A stretch of DNA of 64,000 nt from Elusimicrobiota bacterium (GCA_043811535.1 JBDRNC010000037.1:1-64000), one strand, 5' to 3'. Numbered from the stretch's first letter, positions 1 through 10,191 are shown. Numbers and translations are program-made. The notes: generated from the letters alone by a model not told the origin.

Positions 1-155
1 ACCTCCTCATTAGGTTATTGGTCTAACTTATGGGAGAATAGCCCCTTTTCTTTTTTATGTCAACTTCTTAAAAGAAAAAAGAAGCAAAAAAGAAAAACGG
101 AAACAACATAAACAAATTACACACTTTAGTATACACTACCCACGGCCAGAAAGGT

Positions 156-184
156 TTGATTTTAGCCTGCAAAATCGGTATAAT
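156..184 (+). promoter_or_regulatory. sigma70-type promoter for eno
   Basis: TTGATT (156-161), 17 bp spacer, TATAAT (179-184); implies a ~200 nt 5' UTR. Confidence 0.7.
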
Positions 185-328
185 ATCCGACGAGCATTTA
201 ATAAGGAAGTATATTTTCCCGGATTGCTTCGTAATCGGGATTTCGTACCCTGGCGGGTAGTTCGATTTAATTGAGTTAAGGTTGGTCGCATAAGGCAATT
301 TCAAATAATGCACATAAGGTAGGTGCCC

Positions 329-390
329 AATACCCTTCGGGTATTTCGCATACGGCAGTTTTATAACAATGCTAAATGTGCTCAAGGAGG
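329..390 (+). promoter_or_regulatory. structured leader element abutting the eno RBS (also present at 17052-17112)
   Basis: AATACCC-TTC-GGGTATT hairpin then TCGCATACGGCAGTTT...AATGTGCTCAAGGAGG; near-identical copy upstream of ORF 17117. Confidence 0.55.
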
Positions 391-397
391 TAGTAAA

Positions 398-1702
398 ATG
401 GCAAAGATTAAGAAGATTACGGGCAGGGAAATACTTGATTCGAGAGGAAATCCCACTGTGGAAGTTGACGTGACGCTTGAAAACGGCGTAATGGGCAGGG
501 CCGCCGTCCCTTCAGGGGCTTCTACCGGAGAGCGCGAAGCGCTTGAATTGCGGGACGGGGATAAAAAAAGATATCTCGGCAAGGGAGTGCTGAAGGCCGT
601 GGATAATATCAATAAAGTCATCGCGCCGGCGTTAACCGGAACGGAAATCAGCGAGCAGAAGAAAATCGACCAGCAGATGATCTCAATGGACGGCACGGAA
701 TTCAAGAGCAAGCTCGGCGCCAACGCTATCCTGGGCGTATCGCTTGCATGCGCGCGCGCGGGAGCGCTGGAAAAACAGATGCCGCTCTACGAATATATTC
801 GCCAGATATACGGCATTAAAACATCGGATTATGTAATCCCGGTCCCAATGATGAATATCATAAACGGCGGCGCACACGCCGACAATAACGTCGACATCCA
901 GGAATTCATGATAGTACCGGTAGGCGCGTTGTCTTTCAGGGAAGCGCTGAGGATAGGCGCCGAAGTATTCCATAACCTGAAGGGCGTGCTTAAGAAAAAG
1001 GGCTACGCGACAAGCGTAGGTGATGAAGGCGGTTTTGCGCCTAACCTGCAGTCAAACGAAGAAGCCCTCGCGGCCATAGACGAAGCGATAAAAGCGGCCG
1101 GCTATACCGCGGGAAAGGATGTTCTATTCGCTTTGGATGCCGCCGCGAGCGAACTGTATGAAGACAAGATGTACGTTATGGAAGGCGAAAAGAAGGACCA
1201 GAAAAAAACATCGGAACAGATGGTCGAGTTCTACGCCGACCTTCTTAGAAAATACCCGATAGCTTCGATAGAAGACGGCTTGAGCGAAAAGGATTGGGAC
1301 GGGTGGAAAAAGCTCACTGATTCGCTCGGAAAGAAAACGCAGATCGTCGGAGACGATATATTCGTGACAAATACGAAGATATTCAGCGAAGGCATTAAAA
1401 AGGGCATCGCGAATTCAATACTTATCAAAGTCAATCAGATAGGTTCGCTGACCGAGACAGTTGATGCCATTCAGATGGCGTTTAAGGCCGGATATACCGC
1501 GGTAATCTCGCATCGTTCAGGAGAAACTGAAGACGCTTTCATCGCTGACCTTGCGGTCGCGCTCAATACCGGGCAGATTAAGACCGGTTCCGCTTCAAGA
1601 ACCGACCGCGTATGCAAATATAACCAGCTCCTGAGGATCGAAGAACAACTCGGTTCAAAGGCCTCGTATCCCGGGAAAAAGGTATTCAAGGCGATCCAGT
1701 AA
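398..1702 (+). CDS. eno: enolase (phosphopyruvate hydratase)
   Basis: [46 protein letters not shown] motifs; AAGGAGG RBS before ATG 398. Confidence 0.98.
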   Translation: MAKIKKITGREILDSRGNPTVEVDVTLENGVMGRAAVPSGASTGEREALELRDGDKKRYLGKGVLKAVDNINKVIAPALTGTEISEQKKIDQQMISMDGTEFKSKLGANAILGVSLACARAGALEKQMPLYEYIRQIYGIKTSDYVIPVPMMNIINGGAHADNNVDIQEFMIVPVGALSFREALRIGAEVFHNLKGVLKKKGYATSVGDEGGFAPNLQSNEEALAAIDEAIKAAGYTAGKDVLFALDAAASELYEDKMYVMEGEKKDQKKTSEQMVEFYADLLRKYPIASIEDGLSEKDWDGWKKLTDSLGKKTQIVGDDIFVTNTKIFSEGIKKGIANSILIKVNQIGSLTETVDAIQMAFKAGYTAVISHRSGETEDAFIADLAVALNTGQIKTGSASRTDRVCKYNQLLRIEEQLGSKASYPGKKVFKAIQ

Positions 1703-1715
1703 TAGATTAAAAGAC

Positions 1716-1753
1716 GACTCAGGCGCGCCGTAAACTGCACGCCTGAGTCTTTT
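1716..1753 (+). terminator. intrinsic terminator-like hairpin after eno
   Basis: GACTCAGGCG / CGCCTGAGTC stem followed by TTTT. Confidence 0.55.
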
Positions 1754-1783
1754 GACATACAGGCAGCATAACGGCAAATTCCA

Positions 1784-2053
1784 ATGAAAATAAAGCGCCG
1801 CATGATTTATATCATAGTAGGCATAGCCGTATTCCTGTTCCTTTTTTTAAATGAGGGTTTCAGGACGATGATTCAGCGGTATCTTGAATACAATAAACTC
1901 GCGGCGCATCTTGAACAGATGAAACTCCAGAATTCAAGGCTTAGAAAAGAGATATATCTTCTGGAAAACGACGTCTCTTATATCGAGTATACCGCTCGAA
2001 AAGATTTGGGGTTGAACTCCCCCGGCGAAATTGAATACAGATTTAAAAAATAA
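1784..2053 (+). CDS. ftsB: septum formation initiator FtsB/DivIC family
   Basis: N-terminal TM, coiled coil, IEYTARKDLGLNSPGE motif; conserved eno-ftsB synteny. Confidence 0.85.
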   Translation: MKIKRRMIYIIVGIAVFLFLFLNEGFRTMIQRYLEYNKLAAHLEQMKLQNSRLRKEIYLLENDVSYIEYTARKDLGLNSPGEIEYRFKK

Positions 2054-2160
2054 GCTCCTCAGTCTAATGGCTGCAGTATTCTCAAATTCTTCGGCGAAAT
2101 CTCCATCCTTCGTCCCTGACGGTACTCCGGAGGACGGGCGCCGAAGCCCTTCATAGGCGG

Positions 2161-2922
2161 ATGATGAATAAGATATTCATAGCGGTCGCAATGTTTGCGG
2201 TTCTTTCAACTGTGCCGGCACTGCCGGTTCGGGCGGAGCAGAAAATAGCGGATGAATTGAGCGAGGCTGACAGGCTGTTCCTTTACCGGACGGACCATGC
2301 GAAAGCTCTTGCGGCACTGAGCAGGTACAGGGAATATTACAAAGAGCATCCTGACGATCCCGAAGGGGCGTGGCGCGTATCGATGGCCTGTTATTACGCC
2401 GGATATGAAATATACAAGAGCAACAGCGACAAAAAAATACTATACGCCGAAGGAAGGGACGCGGGGCAGGTGTCTCTCAAGATAAATCCTGAATCCGCCC
2501 CTGCGTGCTTCTGGACAGCCGTCAACATGGCGCTCTACGGCCAGACTGCGGGAGTGATAAAGATGCTTTTCACACTCGGGACGGTAAGGGGATTGCTTGA
2601 GAAAAGTTCAAGGATTGATCCGGCCTACGCATATGGCGGGGCTTTCCGGATCCTTGGCAAGATAGATCAGGAGTTGCCGGGAATCCTCGGGGGGAGCAAT
2701 GAGCGGGCGAAAGAGTACTATGAAAAGGCGATAAATGTTGCTCCGGACGAACCGATGAATTATTTATTCATCTCCGAGCTGTTTCAAAAGGCCTTTGCGG
2801 ACAAGAAAAGCGCTCTTGAGGCCGCCGAAAAGGGATTGTCACTTCCGTTGCCCGATATCACGCGCCATGAATCGCGATGGGGAATGGGCGAACTTAAAAA
2901 AATTGTTTCTAAACTAAAATAA
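2161..2922 (+). CDS. secreted TPR-like protein (TatT/RMDN-like)
   Basis: signal peptide; helical repeats; DPAYAYGGAFRILG...LPGILGGS...AKEYYEKA pattern. Confidence 0.65.
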   Translation: MMNKIFIAVAMFAVLSTVPALPVRAEQKIADELSEADRLFLYRTDHAKALAALSRYREYYKEHPDDPEGAWRVSMACYYAGYEIYKSNSDKKILYAEGRDAGQVSLKINPESAPACFWTAVNMALYGQTAGVIKMLFTLGTVRGLLEKSSRIDPAYAYGGAFRILGKIDQELPGILGGSNERAKEYYEKAINVAPDEPMNYLFISELFQKAFADKKSALEAAEKGLSLPLPDITRHESRWGMGELKKIVSKLK

Positions 2923-2927
2923 AAGAT

Positions 2928-3440
2928 ATGAACATGCAAAAAACCGAGCCCTCAGCGCAGAAAGCTTCTGACAGCTCCGTTGATGAAAGCGGGATGCCGC
3001 CGCGCGCCGGCGGTAATGTCCTTAGCCCGTTGCAGAAGGAGCGTTTGAGGCTTCAGAAATTCAGGAATGTGATCTTCTATTCTGGACTGGCGATATCATT
3101 CGGAACGGGCTTGATACCTTTATTCGGCAGGTTATATATGTTCGCGCTCGGGCTTGCTCTTTGGGGACTGCTCCCATATGTGATTTTCAGGATACTTGCC
3201 GCCCAGTCAATAAACATTCCCGCAGTAATGGGGTCAGGGACATTCCTTCTGGTTGCCGACATATTGGGTCACATATTTGTTTTTTTCTTTATGAAACCGG
3301 AAGCGGGCGCTGTCATGATACTTTTCGTGCCGTTCTGGCTGACGGTATTCGTTCTGCCGATAGGATTTGCGGCGGGTTGGATTTATGGCAAGTTAACAGT
3401 GAAAAATGATGGCGAAGATAACAGAACCTCAGTCATCTAA
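2928..3440 (+). CDS. hypothetical membrane protein (~4 TM)
   Basis: four hydrophobic segments; 5 bp after preceding gene. Confidence 0.6.
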   Translation: MNMQKTEPSAQKASDSSVDESGMPPRAGGNVLSPLQKERLRLQKFRNVIFYSGLAISFGTGLIPLFGRLYMFALGLALWGLLPYVIFRILAAQSINIPAVMGSGTFLLVADILGHIFVFFFMKPEAGAVMILFVPFWLTVFVLPIGFAAGWIYGKLTVKNDGEDNRTSVI

Positions 3441-5176
3441 AGTGTTTCGTCGTCTTTTGTCGTATTGCTTATTACCTCTTCCACTGAAGTCAATCCTTCC
3501 AGAAGTTTCCTCGAAGCATCTTTCCTCAATGAAATGAAATTATTTGTTTTCAGCGCGAGTTCTTTTATTTCGCTTGATGAACGGCGCTGCAATATATATT
3601 CCTTGATCTGGTGCGTGACATTCAGCAATTCAAAGCATCCCAGGCGCCCTGTATAGCCGGTTTCCCTGCATTTCTGGCATCCGTGCGCCTTGTAAAGACT
3701 GATTTTATCAGGCTGGTTGCTCAGCAGTTCCTTGTCGATGCCAAACTCAAGCAGCTTGGTTTTATCCCATTCATCTTTCTGCCTGCATTCCGTGCACAAT
3801 CTTCTGATCAGTCTCTGCGCGACCGAAAGCGTGAGGGTGGACGCGATCAGGTACGGCTCTATGTCCATGTTCACAAGGCGCGTGACGACTCCGATGGCGT
3901 CATTCGTATGCAGAGTCGAAAGCACCAGATGTCCCGTTAAAGCGGAATTTATCGCGATTTCGGCGGTTTCCGTGTCGCGTATTTCTCCTACCATTATGAT
4001 GTCGGGATCCTGCCTCATGAATGAGCGCAGCACATGCGCGAACGTGAGACCGATATCGTTGTTTACCTGTACCTGGTTGATGCCTGTCAGCATGAACTCA
4101 ACGGGATCTTCCGCTGTCACGATGTTGGAATCGCGTTTATTCAGCGCTGTGAGCGCGGAGTAAAGCGTCGTGGTCTTTCCGCTTCCGGTCGGGCCCGTTA
4201 CGAGCACCATTCCGTAAGGGTCGTTTATGCGTTCCCTGAAAATATCAAGGAATCTCGGTTCTATACCGAGCTTGTTAAGATCCACGCACAAAGAGCTCGG
4301 ATCGAGAATACGTATGCATATTTTTTCGCCGTATGCCGTAGGTATGATGGAGATACGCAAGTCCACCTGCTTGTTGCCGAGTTTTATCCTGATGCGCCCG
4401 TCCTGAGGCATGCGCCGCTCGGAAATGTCAAGCTTTGACATGATCTTGATTCTTGAAGTTATCGCGTTCTGGAGTTTTTTCGGCAGTTGCGGCTGGTCGT
4501 AAAGCACTCCGTGGATCCTGTAGCGCAGGAAAACGCCTTTTTCGTAAGGTTCTATGTGCACGTCGCTGACGCCTTTATCGACAGCTCTATTCAGGAATTC
4601 GTTGACGAGCCTGATAGCCGGTGCCGTGTCTTCCGCCATGACTCTTTCAAGATTGGATTCTTCAACAACCTCGATCTTCTGTTCTTCTCCCGTGGATTCG
4701 TCCGCGGCGACGGTAATGTTATCCATGAATTCCTGAAAGGATTCTTTCGTATAGTTGTCATAATAACTTTTCATGTCGGATTCTACCGTTATTTTCTGCG
4801 TTATATTGTAACAGCGTGTCATGATTTTCAGGTCTTCGACAACGGTATCATTCGGCTTCGTGGTCACTATCGTCAGAGTATTGCCTTCCTTGTTCAAGAC
4901 TATGATCTTGTTCCTGAAAGCGTAATCGAACGGGACAGTCTTGGTCGCCTCTTCGGGAAGGTCTCCTATATTATCAAGCCGGATGAACTCCATATTCATC
5001 TGTTTGGCGTACGCTTTGGCGATATCTTCTTCGTTCACGTAACCAAGATCAAGAAGCACATCGCCGATCCTTTTTTTCTTTTCCTTCTGGACAAGCAGTG
5101 CTTCCTGCAGCTGTTCTGATGTTATTTTACGTTCAAGCAGAAGGATCTGAGCCAGTTTCGGTTTTATCCAATCCAA
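3437..5176 (-). CDS. pilB: PilB/GspE type IV pilus / T2SS assembly ATPase with N-terminal MshEN-like domain
   Basis: GPTGSGKTT Walker A, RQDPDIIMVGEIRD, TGHLVLSTLHTND, CxxC...CxxC Zn motif, SERRMPQDGR. Confidence 0.9.
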   Translation of the reverse strand: MDWIKPKLAQILLLERKITSEQLQEALLVQKEKKKRIGDVLLDLGYVNEEDIAKAYAKQMNMEFIRLDNIGDLPEEATKTVPFDYAFRNKIIVLNKEGNTLTIVTTKPNDTVVEDLKIMTRCYNITQKITVESDMKSYYDNYTKESFQEFMDNITVAADESTGEEQKIEVVEESNLERVMAEDTAPAIRLVNEFLNRAVDKGVSDVHIEPYEKGVFLRYRIHGVLYDQPQLPKKLQNAITSRIKIMSKLDISERRMPQDGRIRIKLGNKQVDLRISIIPTAYGEKICIRILDPSSLCVDLNKLGIEPRFLDIFRERINDPYGMVLVTGPTGSGKTTTLYSALTALNKRDSNIVTAEDPVEFMLTGINQVQVNNDIGLTFAHVLRSFMRQDPDIIMVGEIRDTETAEIAINSALTGHLVLSTLHTNDAIGVVTRLVNMDIEPYLIASTLTLSVAQRLIRRLCTECRQKDEWDKTKLLEFGIDKELLSNQPDKISLYKAHGCQKCRETGYTGRLGCFELLNVTHQIKEYILQRRSSSEIKELALKTNNFISLRKDASRKLLEGLTSVEEVISNTTKDDETL

Positions 5177-6795
5177 GATATCCTCCTTTTTGACTTTCTA
5201 AAAAGCACAGAGACCCCAAACGCAATAATGTAAAATATTCCCGAGATTATTACGGCGATGTTCAAGATAAAAATGGTTTTTAAACCATTGCTCCTGTGCC
5301 CGGGATGATCCTGCGATCCCTGGAAGGTAGGCCAGTACACGTATCCCGAGAACGTCGGAACATTCGATTTCATCAGAGCCGCCGATCCGTCCAGCGCCGA
5401 AACGATAATATCAATGTATCCGTCCGCGTCAGCGTCAAGAACAACGGGCGTGTTAGTGATGGGTTTGTTGAAGAGCTTTCCGTAGTAAAGCTGCATGTTG
5501 TCTTTTTGCGCGTTACTGAAATTTAATATATAAAGTTCACCCTTCTCGGTCCCAAAAATAATCTCGTTAGTGCCGTCCTTGTTGATATCTGCGAGCGCGG
5601 GAGAGCCGCTCATGTTGACTTGCGCGCCCGAATCGAACTGCAGCAGGACATCTCCGGTTGTGCCCTTGATCCCGTATAATTTTCCTTTTGAAGAAAGAGC
5701 CACTATGTCAAGTATTTTATCTCCGTCGATATCTGACAGCACGCAGGAAGGATACAGACCCGTAAAACCTGAAAAAGGTTTTTCCTCCAGCGTTAACGGT
5801 TTCCATATCAGTTTTTTTCCGGATTTGTCAATCGCGATAACATACTCTTCGTTCGATATTACAATAATATCGTCTTTGCCGTCTCCGTTTATGTCTCCTA
5901 TCGCAGGCGTCGCGCTTATGTTAAGATTATTTATGCCGGTCAGTTCCCTGATGTCAAGCTTGTCGATCAATTTAAACGAGACAGCGTCGTAAGTGTAAAA
6001 TTTGCCCGTAACGGAGAGTATGTTAAGCTCAGCCTTATTTCTCTTGCAGGTCAGGACAGGCGAGGCAAAAACGTTCCCGTCTATTTTTTCGGATACGACC
6101 TTCGGATTGTTAAGGGGCTTAGAAATGAAATTTACAAGGCCGTTCTGGGTGCAAGTAAATATATCCGCAAGCGCGCCTTTTTTCGGGGAGCACACAACGG
6201 GTGAAGAATAGGCCTGCTGGCCGAGGATGTCGCTTTTATACAAGATCTCGCCGCTTTTTCCGTCAACAATATAAAGCCGGGAATCGGAAGCTTGTATCAC
6301 GATGTCCGGAATTCCGTCCAGATTAAGGTCATACAGCGCAGGATAAGCGGTGCAAGGCAGTTCTGTTTTCGGGAATTTTTTTAATCCTTCCGCTTTGTTC
6401 CAGGCGTAAACTCTTCCGGTAGGCGTTACCGCCGTAACATCCAGCGGTTTTGAGGCCGCAAGTTTTATATTCAGCAGGGTTTCAAGATTTAAAACAGTGC
6501 TTTTGAAAAAAATATCTTTTACGGAAGGGTTGGCGGCAACGGTGATGAACGGGGAGAATTTGGAATCCGGCTGCGAGTCAAACTGGGACGGGAAATTCTT
6601 GTCCCGCTTGAGAATGATTTCCTTGGGCGATTGAATTGCTGTTCTTACGTTGATATACCCGCTGTAAACCAGGAAAAAGGCGACGCCGAAGCAGATAAGC
6701 ATCAAGGAGCGTCCTATTACGGATTTTGCGATTCTCATCCAAATAGGGTAAATCCTTGCGGGGGGGGCGGATATTCGTTTCGTTAAGGAGGACAA
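5164..6795 (-). CDS. TM + FG-GAP/VCBS beta-propeller protein; probably the 3' part of a frameshifted gene with 6578-7405
   Basis: repeated D[LI]N.DG..DI motifs, WPTFQG...H motif, N- and C-terminal TM; no good own start/RBS. Confidence 0.75.
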   Translation of the reverse strand: MSSLTKRISAPPARIYPIWMRIAKSVIGRSLMLICFGVAFFLVYSGYINVRTAIQSPKEIILKRDKNFPSQFDSQPDSKFSPFITVAANPSVKDIFFKSTVLNLETLLNIKLAASKPLDVTAVTPTGRVYAWNKAEGLKKFPKTELPCTAYPALYDLNLDGIPDIVIQASDSRLYIVDGKSGEILYKSDILGQQAYSSPVVCSPKKGALADIFTCTQNGLVNFISKPLNNPKVVSEKIDGNVFASPVLTCKRNKAELNILSVTGKFYTYDAVSFKLIDKLDIRELTGINNLNISATPAIGDINGDGKDDIIVISNEEYVIAIDKSGKKLIWKPLTLEEKPFSGFTGLYPSCVLSDIDGDKILDIVALSSKGKLYGIKGTTGDVLLQFDSGAQVNMSGSPALADINKDGTNEIIFGTEKGELYILNFSNAQKDNMQLYYGKLFNKPITNTPVVLDADADGYIDIIVSALDGSAALMKSNVPTFSGYVYWPTFQGSQDHPGHRSNGLKTIFILNIAVIISGIFYIIAFGVSVLFRKSKRRISWIG

Positions 6796-7405
6796 GCCTG
6801 AAAACTTCTTTTCCGATAACTATCTCGTCGTTCAATTTAAGCACGGCTTCTTCTTCTTCTTCCAGGATCTCCTTGTTGAGCTTCGTGCGGTTTTTGCTGC
6901 GCTTATCGCTGAGAATGAATCCTTTCTGGGTTTTTGCTATCGTCGCGTGCCTGCGCGAGGCGAGAGTGTCTTCAAGCTCTGATATCACTATGTCGTTCAG
7001 GGACTGGTCCCGGCCGATCTTAGTTGAATCTTTAAGCAGGAGGTATTTTTTTCCGCGCAGGTTCCCGCTGACGCACAGCAGGCAATACCGGTCGTTTTTC
7101 TTGAGGAGATTCTTGTCAGCAGGCGCGAAATCAAGTTCGAACGGTCCTATGCTGACGGTATCTCCGAAGATAATATCGGCGGAATTGACTCTCTTTTTGT
7201 TGACGAAAACGCCGAACGTGCTTTTAATGTCCGTTACGCGTATTTTGCCGTTGTCAAGCTGGAGTATTTCGCAGTGTTTCGGCGAGATCATCTTATGCAC
7301 TATGCAGATGTCCGATATCTCATCGGAACCTATAGAAATATTTTTCTTTTTTACGTAATACTCTTTGATGACCTCAGCCTTATCCCTTACAACAAGAAAC
7401 ATCAT
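6578..7405 (-). CDS. tandem FHA-domain protein; 5' part of frameshifted gene
   Basis: IGS...ISPKHC...S.FGVFVN and IGRD...ASRRHA...SKNRTKLN FHA motifs; GAGGG RBS; reads as non-protein-like after the C8 run at 6760-6767. Confidence 0.8.
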   Translation of the reverse strand: MMFLVVRDKAEVIKEYYVKKKNISIGSDEISDICIVHKMISPKHCEILQLDNGKIRVTDIKSTFGVFVNKKRVNSADIIFGDTVSIGPFELDFAPADKNLLKKNDRYCLLCVSGNLRGKKYLLLKDSTKIGRDQSLNDIVISELEDTLASRRHATIAKTQKGFILSDKRSKNRTKLNKEILEEEEEAVLKLNDEIVIGKEVFRLVLLNETNIRPPRKDLPYLDENRKIRNRTLLDAYLLRRRLFPGLQRVYQRKNSNSIAQGNHSQAGQEFPVPV

Positions 7406-7542
7406 TGTTTTCCCTCACCCTTGTTTATCGTCCTGCCAATGATTCTAAAAAAAGTTGCACAGCAAAAGTTGCGATGACGTATCTGTGTAATCCGCTTTCA
7501 AAATCCGTGTAATCAAGACCGTTGATGATTTCTTCAACGGTC

Positions 7543-10191
7543 TCAATACACCACCATGCGTTTAATATAGACCTTTCCCAGCCCGCCTTCGTCCGTGTCT
7601 TTCTTTGAAATCGCGAAATGAATCTTTACCGTGCCCCAGGCCAGCGTCTGGTCTCCGCCCCACCAGTAAGTCAGCTCGCTGAAAGGTATTTTTATGGTCG
7701 TCCATTCGGAAACATTGGTTTTTTCTTTCAGCACCGTTCCGAAATTGCTGCCGTCTGAATCTTCAAGCTTAAACTCTATTGAATTGACGGCGCCTTCGGC
7801 CTTGTACATGAACTTAATCCCCTGGTATCCGGACATGTTGTAAAAGTTGTTTTTAACGACTCCGATCCATCGGCCGCCGGAAATCATGTCGTAGGAGATT
7901 TCAAGTATGTTAGGATCAATAAGGTTCAGCGTTCCAGTGGCTCCGGGGTCATTATAGAAAAACCAATTCGCTATCGTGTCCATGGCGTTTAGAGAAACAG
8001 TCCCGGCTTCCGTCTTTTCGGTCTCTGGCGGTTTCGGAGCCGCTTCCTTGGGAGGGGTAACAACCGGTTTCGGTTTCAGCTTGGGCTTAGGTTTGGGCGC
8101 TTCAGGCTTCGGTTTTGGTTTCTCAACTTTCGCGGGTTTCTGCGGTTCAGGCTCCTTCACGGGCGGAAGAGTTTTCTGCTCTTCCTTGACATCGGTTTTT
8201 GGCGCTTCCGCGATTTTTACTGGTTGCGCCGGCAGGGGCGTTAGTTGGAACGTAAAGGAGTCCTTTGTCATATTTTCAGTAGGAATTATGGTTTCAACGG
8301 GCGCGTAATTCTCCTTTTCTATTTTAACGGGGATCTTTCCCAGTTTCAATCCGGTCCTAATCGGCGTTTTCCCTGAAGACGCGGATGATCCGCCGATGAA
8401 AACCTTGGCTCCCTGCGGGCTTGAATCTATCAGCACTTCTTTCCTCAAAGCGCCTTTGACCGTGTATATTTTTTTGCCTTTATCGTCGCCGACGCTGATT
8501 TCCCAGAGATTCTTATCCATTTCGTGTTTGTCGTTTTGAAGGTTGAGATTACAGATCCCGTCTTCGCGCTCATCCTCAACAGTCACCTTGCCTGTCGGCA
8601 TGAATCCTTCCTTGTAAAGTCCGATGGAGTGCAGCGTGGATTCAAGAGCGATCTGGAAAGGGGTTTTCAGGCCTGTCTTCCTGCCGTCAATATACACGTC
8701 GGCCTGGTCGGGAAAGGAAGTAATGATAATATCAACTTCAAACGGCAGCATGAACTCGATAAGATTGTTCTTCTGCCCGGAAGCGATCTCCTTGTCAACT
8801 CTTATTTTCCGCGTGACGTTCCTGAACCCGTTCTTTGTAAGCTTGATGATGTACTCTCCGCTGATTATACCCCGTATTTTGACGGGTGTAAGGTTTTTCA
8901 GCCCCGACGCTTTTACGACGTCATTGCCCTTTGAATCCAGCAGTTTTATGTCCGCGCCTTCCGGTGAACTGTTAATGGAGATGCTTACGGGAATGAAGTT
9001 TTTCTTTATCAATTTACCTACTGGCGTAAGCGCGTTCGGAATGTCAATCAAAAGTTCGAACGGCAGGACTCCGACGACCAGAATTATCGCGAATATGAAT
9101 AATAGCCTGAGGTTTTTTTGTTTGTGAAAATAAGGCTGGGCCAGCACTGTTTTTTCGGCGGAATCCGCGAATATGGTTATCGGCGTGGGAGTTTTTTCAA
9201 GTTCTATCTCTTCGGAGACGTTGACCTTGGATATTATTTCCTGCATCAACTCTTTTTCTGTTTCTTCCGCGGAGACAAGCTCCGGAAACAGGCTGGTCAT
9301 AAGCCCTGTGATCTGATCCTGTTTGACGTCGCCGTACATTTTAGAAGAGATCTCCTCAAGCGACGCGAGAAGCTCCTTGGAATTCTTGAATCTTTTTACG
9401 GGATTCTTCTCAAGAAGCTTCTTGAGGATTTCCGCCAGGTTATCGGGAACCTTTGAAAAATCAGGCGTGGACTTCAGTATTTTTTCAAGTATTTCGTTGT
9501 CGCTCGGGCCGTCAAAGGGTTTAAGGCCTGTCAGCAGTTCGTAGAGAACGATACCTATTGAAAAAAGGTCGGATCTGTGGTCTACATTGGATCCCCTGAT
9601 CTGTTCAGGGGACATGTAGTGGAATTTTCCCTTGAAAAAGTTGCGCGTGTCCGTTTCCGTTTTTGCGCCTGCCTGCACGGCCTTGGCTATGCCGAAATCG
9701 GTTAGTTTTATTCTCCCGTCGGAATACATCATTATATTCGCCGGAGAGATGTCCAGATGGAGTATTCCCAGGAATTCGCCTTTTATCTCGTCGCGTTTCT
9801 CATGGGCGTAGCTGAGCGCTCTGGATACAGACACTGATATTTTGAGCGCGATATCGGATGGGATCGCGATCTTTTTCTCTTTGCAGCGCTTCATCACCAT
9901 CGAAAGGTCTTTTCCGCGCACGTACTCCATTATTATGTAGCAGATGTTGCCGACGCTGCGAAAAAAGTCGTATACCTGAACGATGTTTTCGTGCTGGAGT
10001 TTTGCCGACCTGAGCGCTTCCTGCCGGAACGTGTCTACAACGATTGCGGTGGACGTGAGGTGCTGTTGTATGCGTTTTACGGCCACGAATTTCTCAAGGT
10101 TATAGTCCCATGCCTGGAATACCGTCGCGAATCCGCCGGATCCGATCTGTTTCAGCATGAGATATCTGTTTCTTATCAGTTCTTTTTTCAT
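7543..10191 (-). CDS. membrane Hanks-type Ser/Thr kinase with PEGA repeats, Pro/Lys linker and C-terminal CBM11-like domain
   Basis: GSGGFATV, VAVK, HLDISPAN, DFG, YMSPEQ; TM; three S.P.GA.V PEGA repeats; C-terminal ISYD...IEFKLED...W.TIKIPFS beta-sandwich. Confidence 0.9.
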   Translation of the reverse strand: MKKELIRNRYLMLKQIGSGGFATVFQAWDYNLEKFVAVKRIQQHLTSTAIVVDTFRQEALRSAKLQHENIVQVYDFFRSVGNICYIIMEYVRGKDLSMVMKRCKEKKIAIPSDIALKISVSVSRALSYAHEKRDEIKGEFLGILHLDISPANIMMYSDGRIKLTDFGIAKAVQAGAKTETDTRNFFKGKFHYMSPEQIRGSNVDHRSDLFSIGIVLYELLTGLKPFDGPSDNEILEKILKSTPDFSKVPDNLAEILKKLLEKNPVKRFKNSKELLASLEEISSKMYGDVKQDQITGLMTSLFPELVSAEETEKELMQEIISKVNVSEEIELEKTPTPITIFADSAEKTVLAQPYFHKQKNLRLLFIFAIILVVGVLPFELLIDIPNALTPVGKLIKKNFIPVSISINSSPEGADIKLLDSKGNDVVKASGLKNLTPVKIRGIISGEYIIKLTKNGFRNVTRKIRVDKEIASGQKNNLIEFMLPFEVDIIITSFPDQADVYIDGRKTGLKTPFQIALESTLHSIGLYKEGFMPTGKVTVEDEREDGICNLNLQNDKHEMDKNLWEISVGDDKGKKIYTVKGALRKEVLIDSSPQGAKVFIGGSSASSGKTPIRTGLKLGKIPVKIEKENYAPVETIIPTENMTKDSFTFQLTPLPAQPVKIAEAPKTDVKEEQKTLPPVKEPEPQKPAKVEKPKPKPEAPKPKPKLKPKPVVTPPKEAAPKPPETEKTEAGTVSLNAMDTIANWFFYNDPGATGTLNLIDPNILEISYDMISGGRWIGVVKNNFYNMSGYQGIKFMYKAEGAVNSIEFKLEDSDGSNFGTVLKEKTNVSEWTTIKIPFSELTYWWGGDQTLAWGTVKIHFAISKKDTDEGGLGKVYIKRMVVY

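Noticed and set aside
323..397. N-terminal extension of enolase from the ORF track
   Set aside because: Strong RBS at 384-390 and homology begin at ATG 398
2088..2160. GC-rich nested palindromes upstream of ORF 2161 as a riboswitch
   Set aside because: Resembles the dispersed REP-like hairpins; no aptamer consensus
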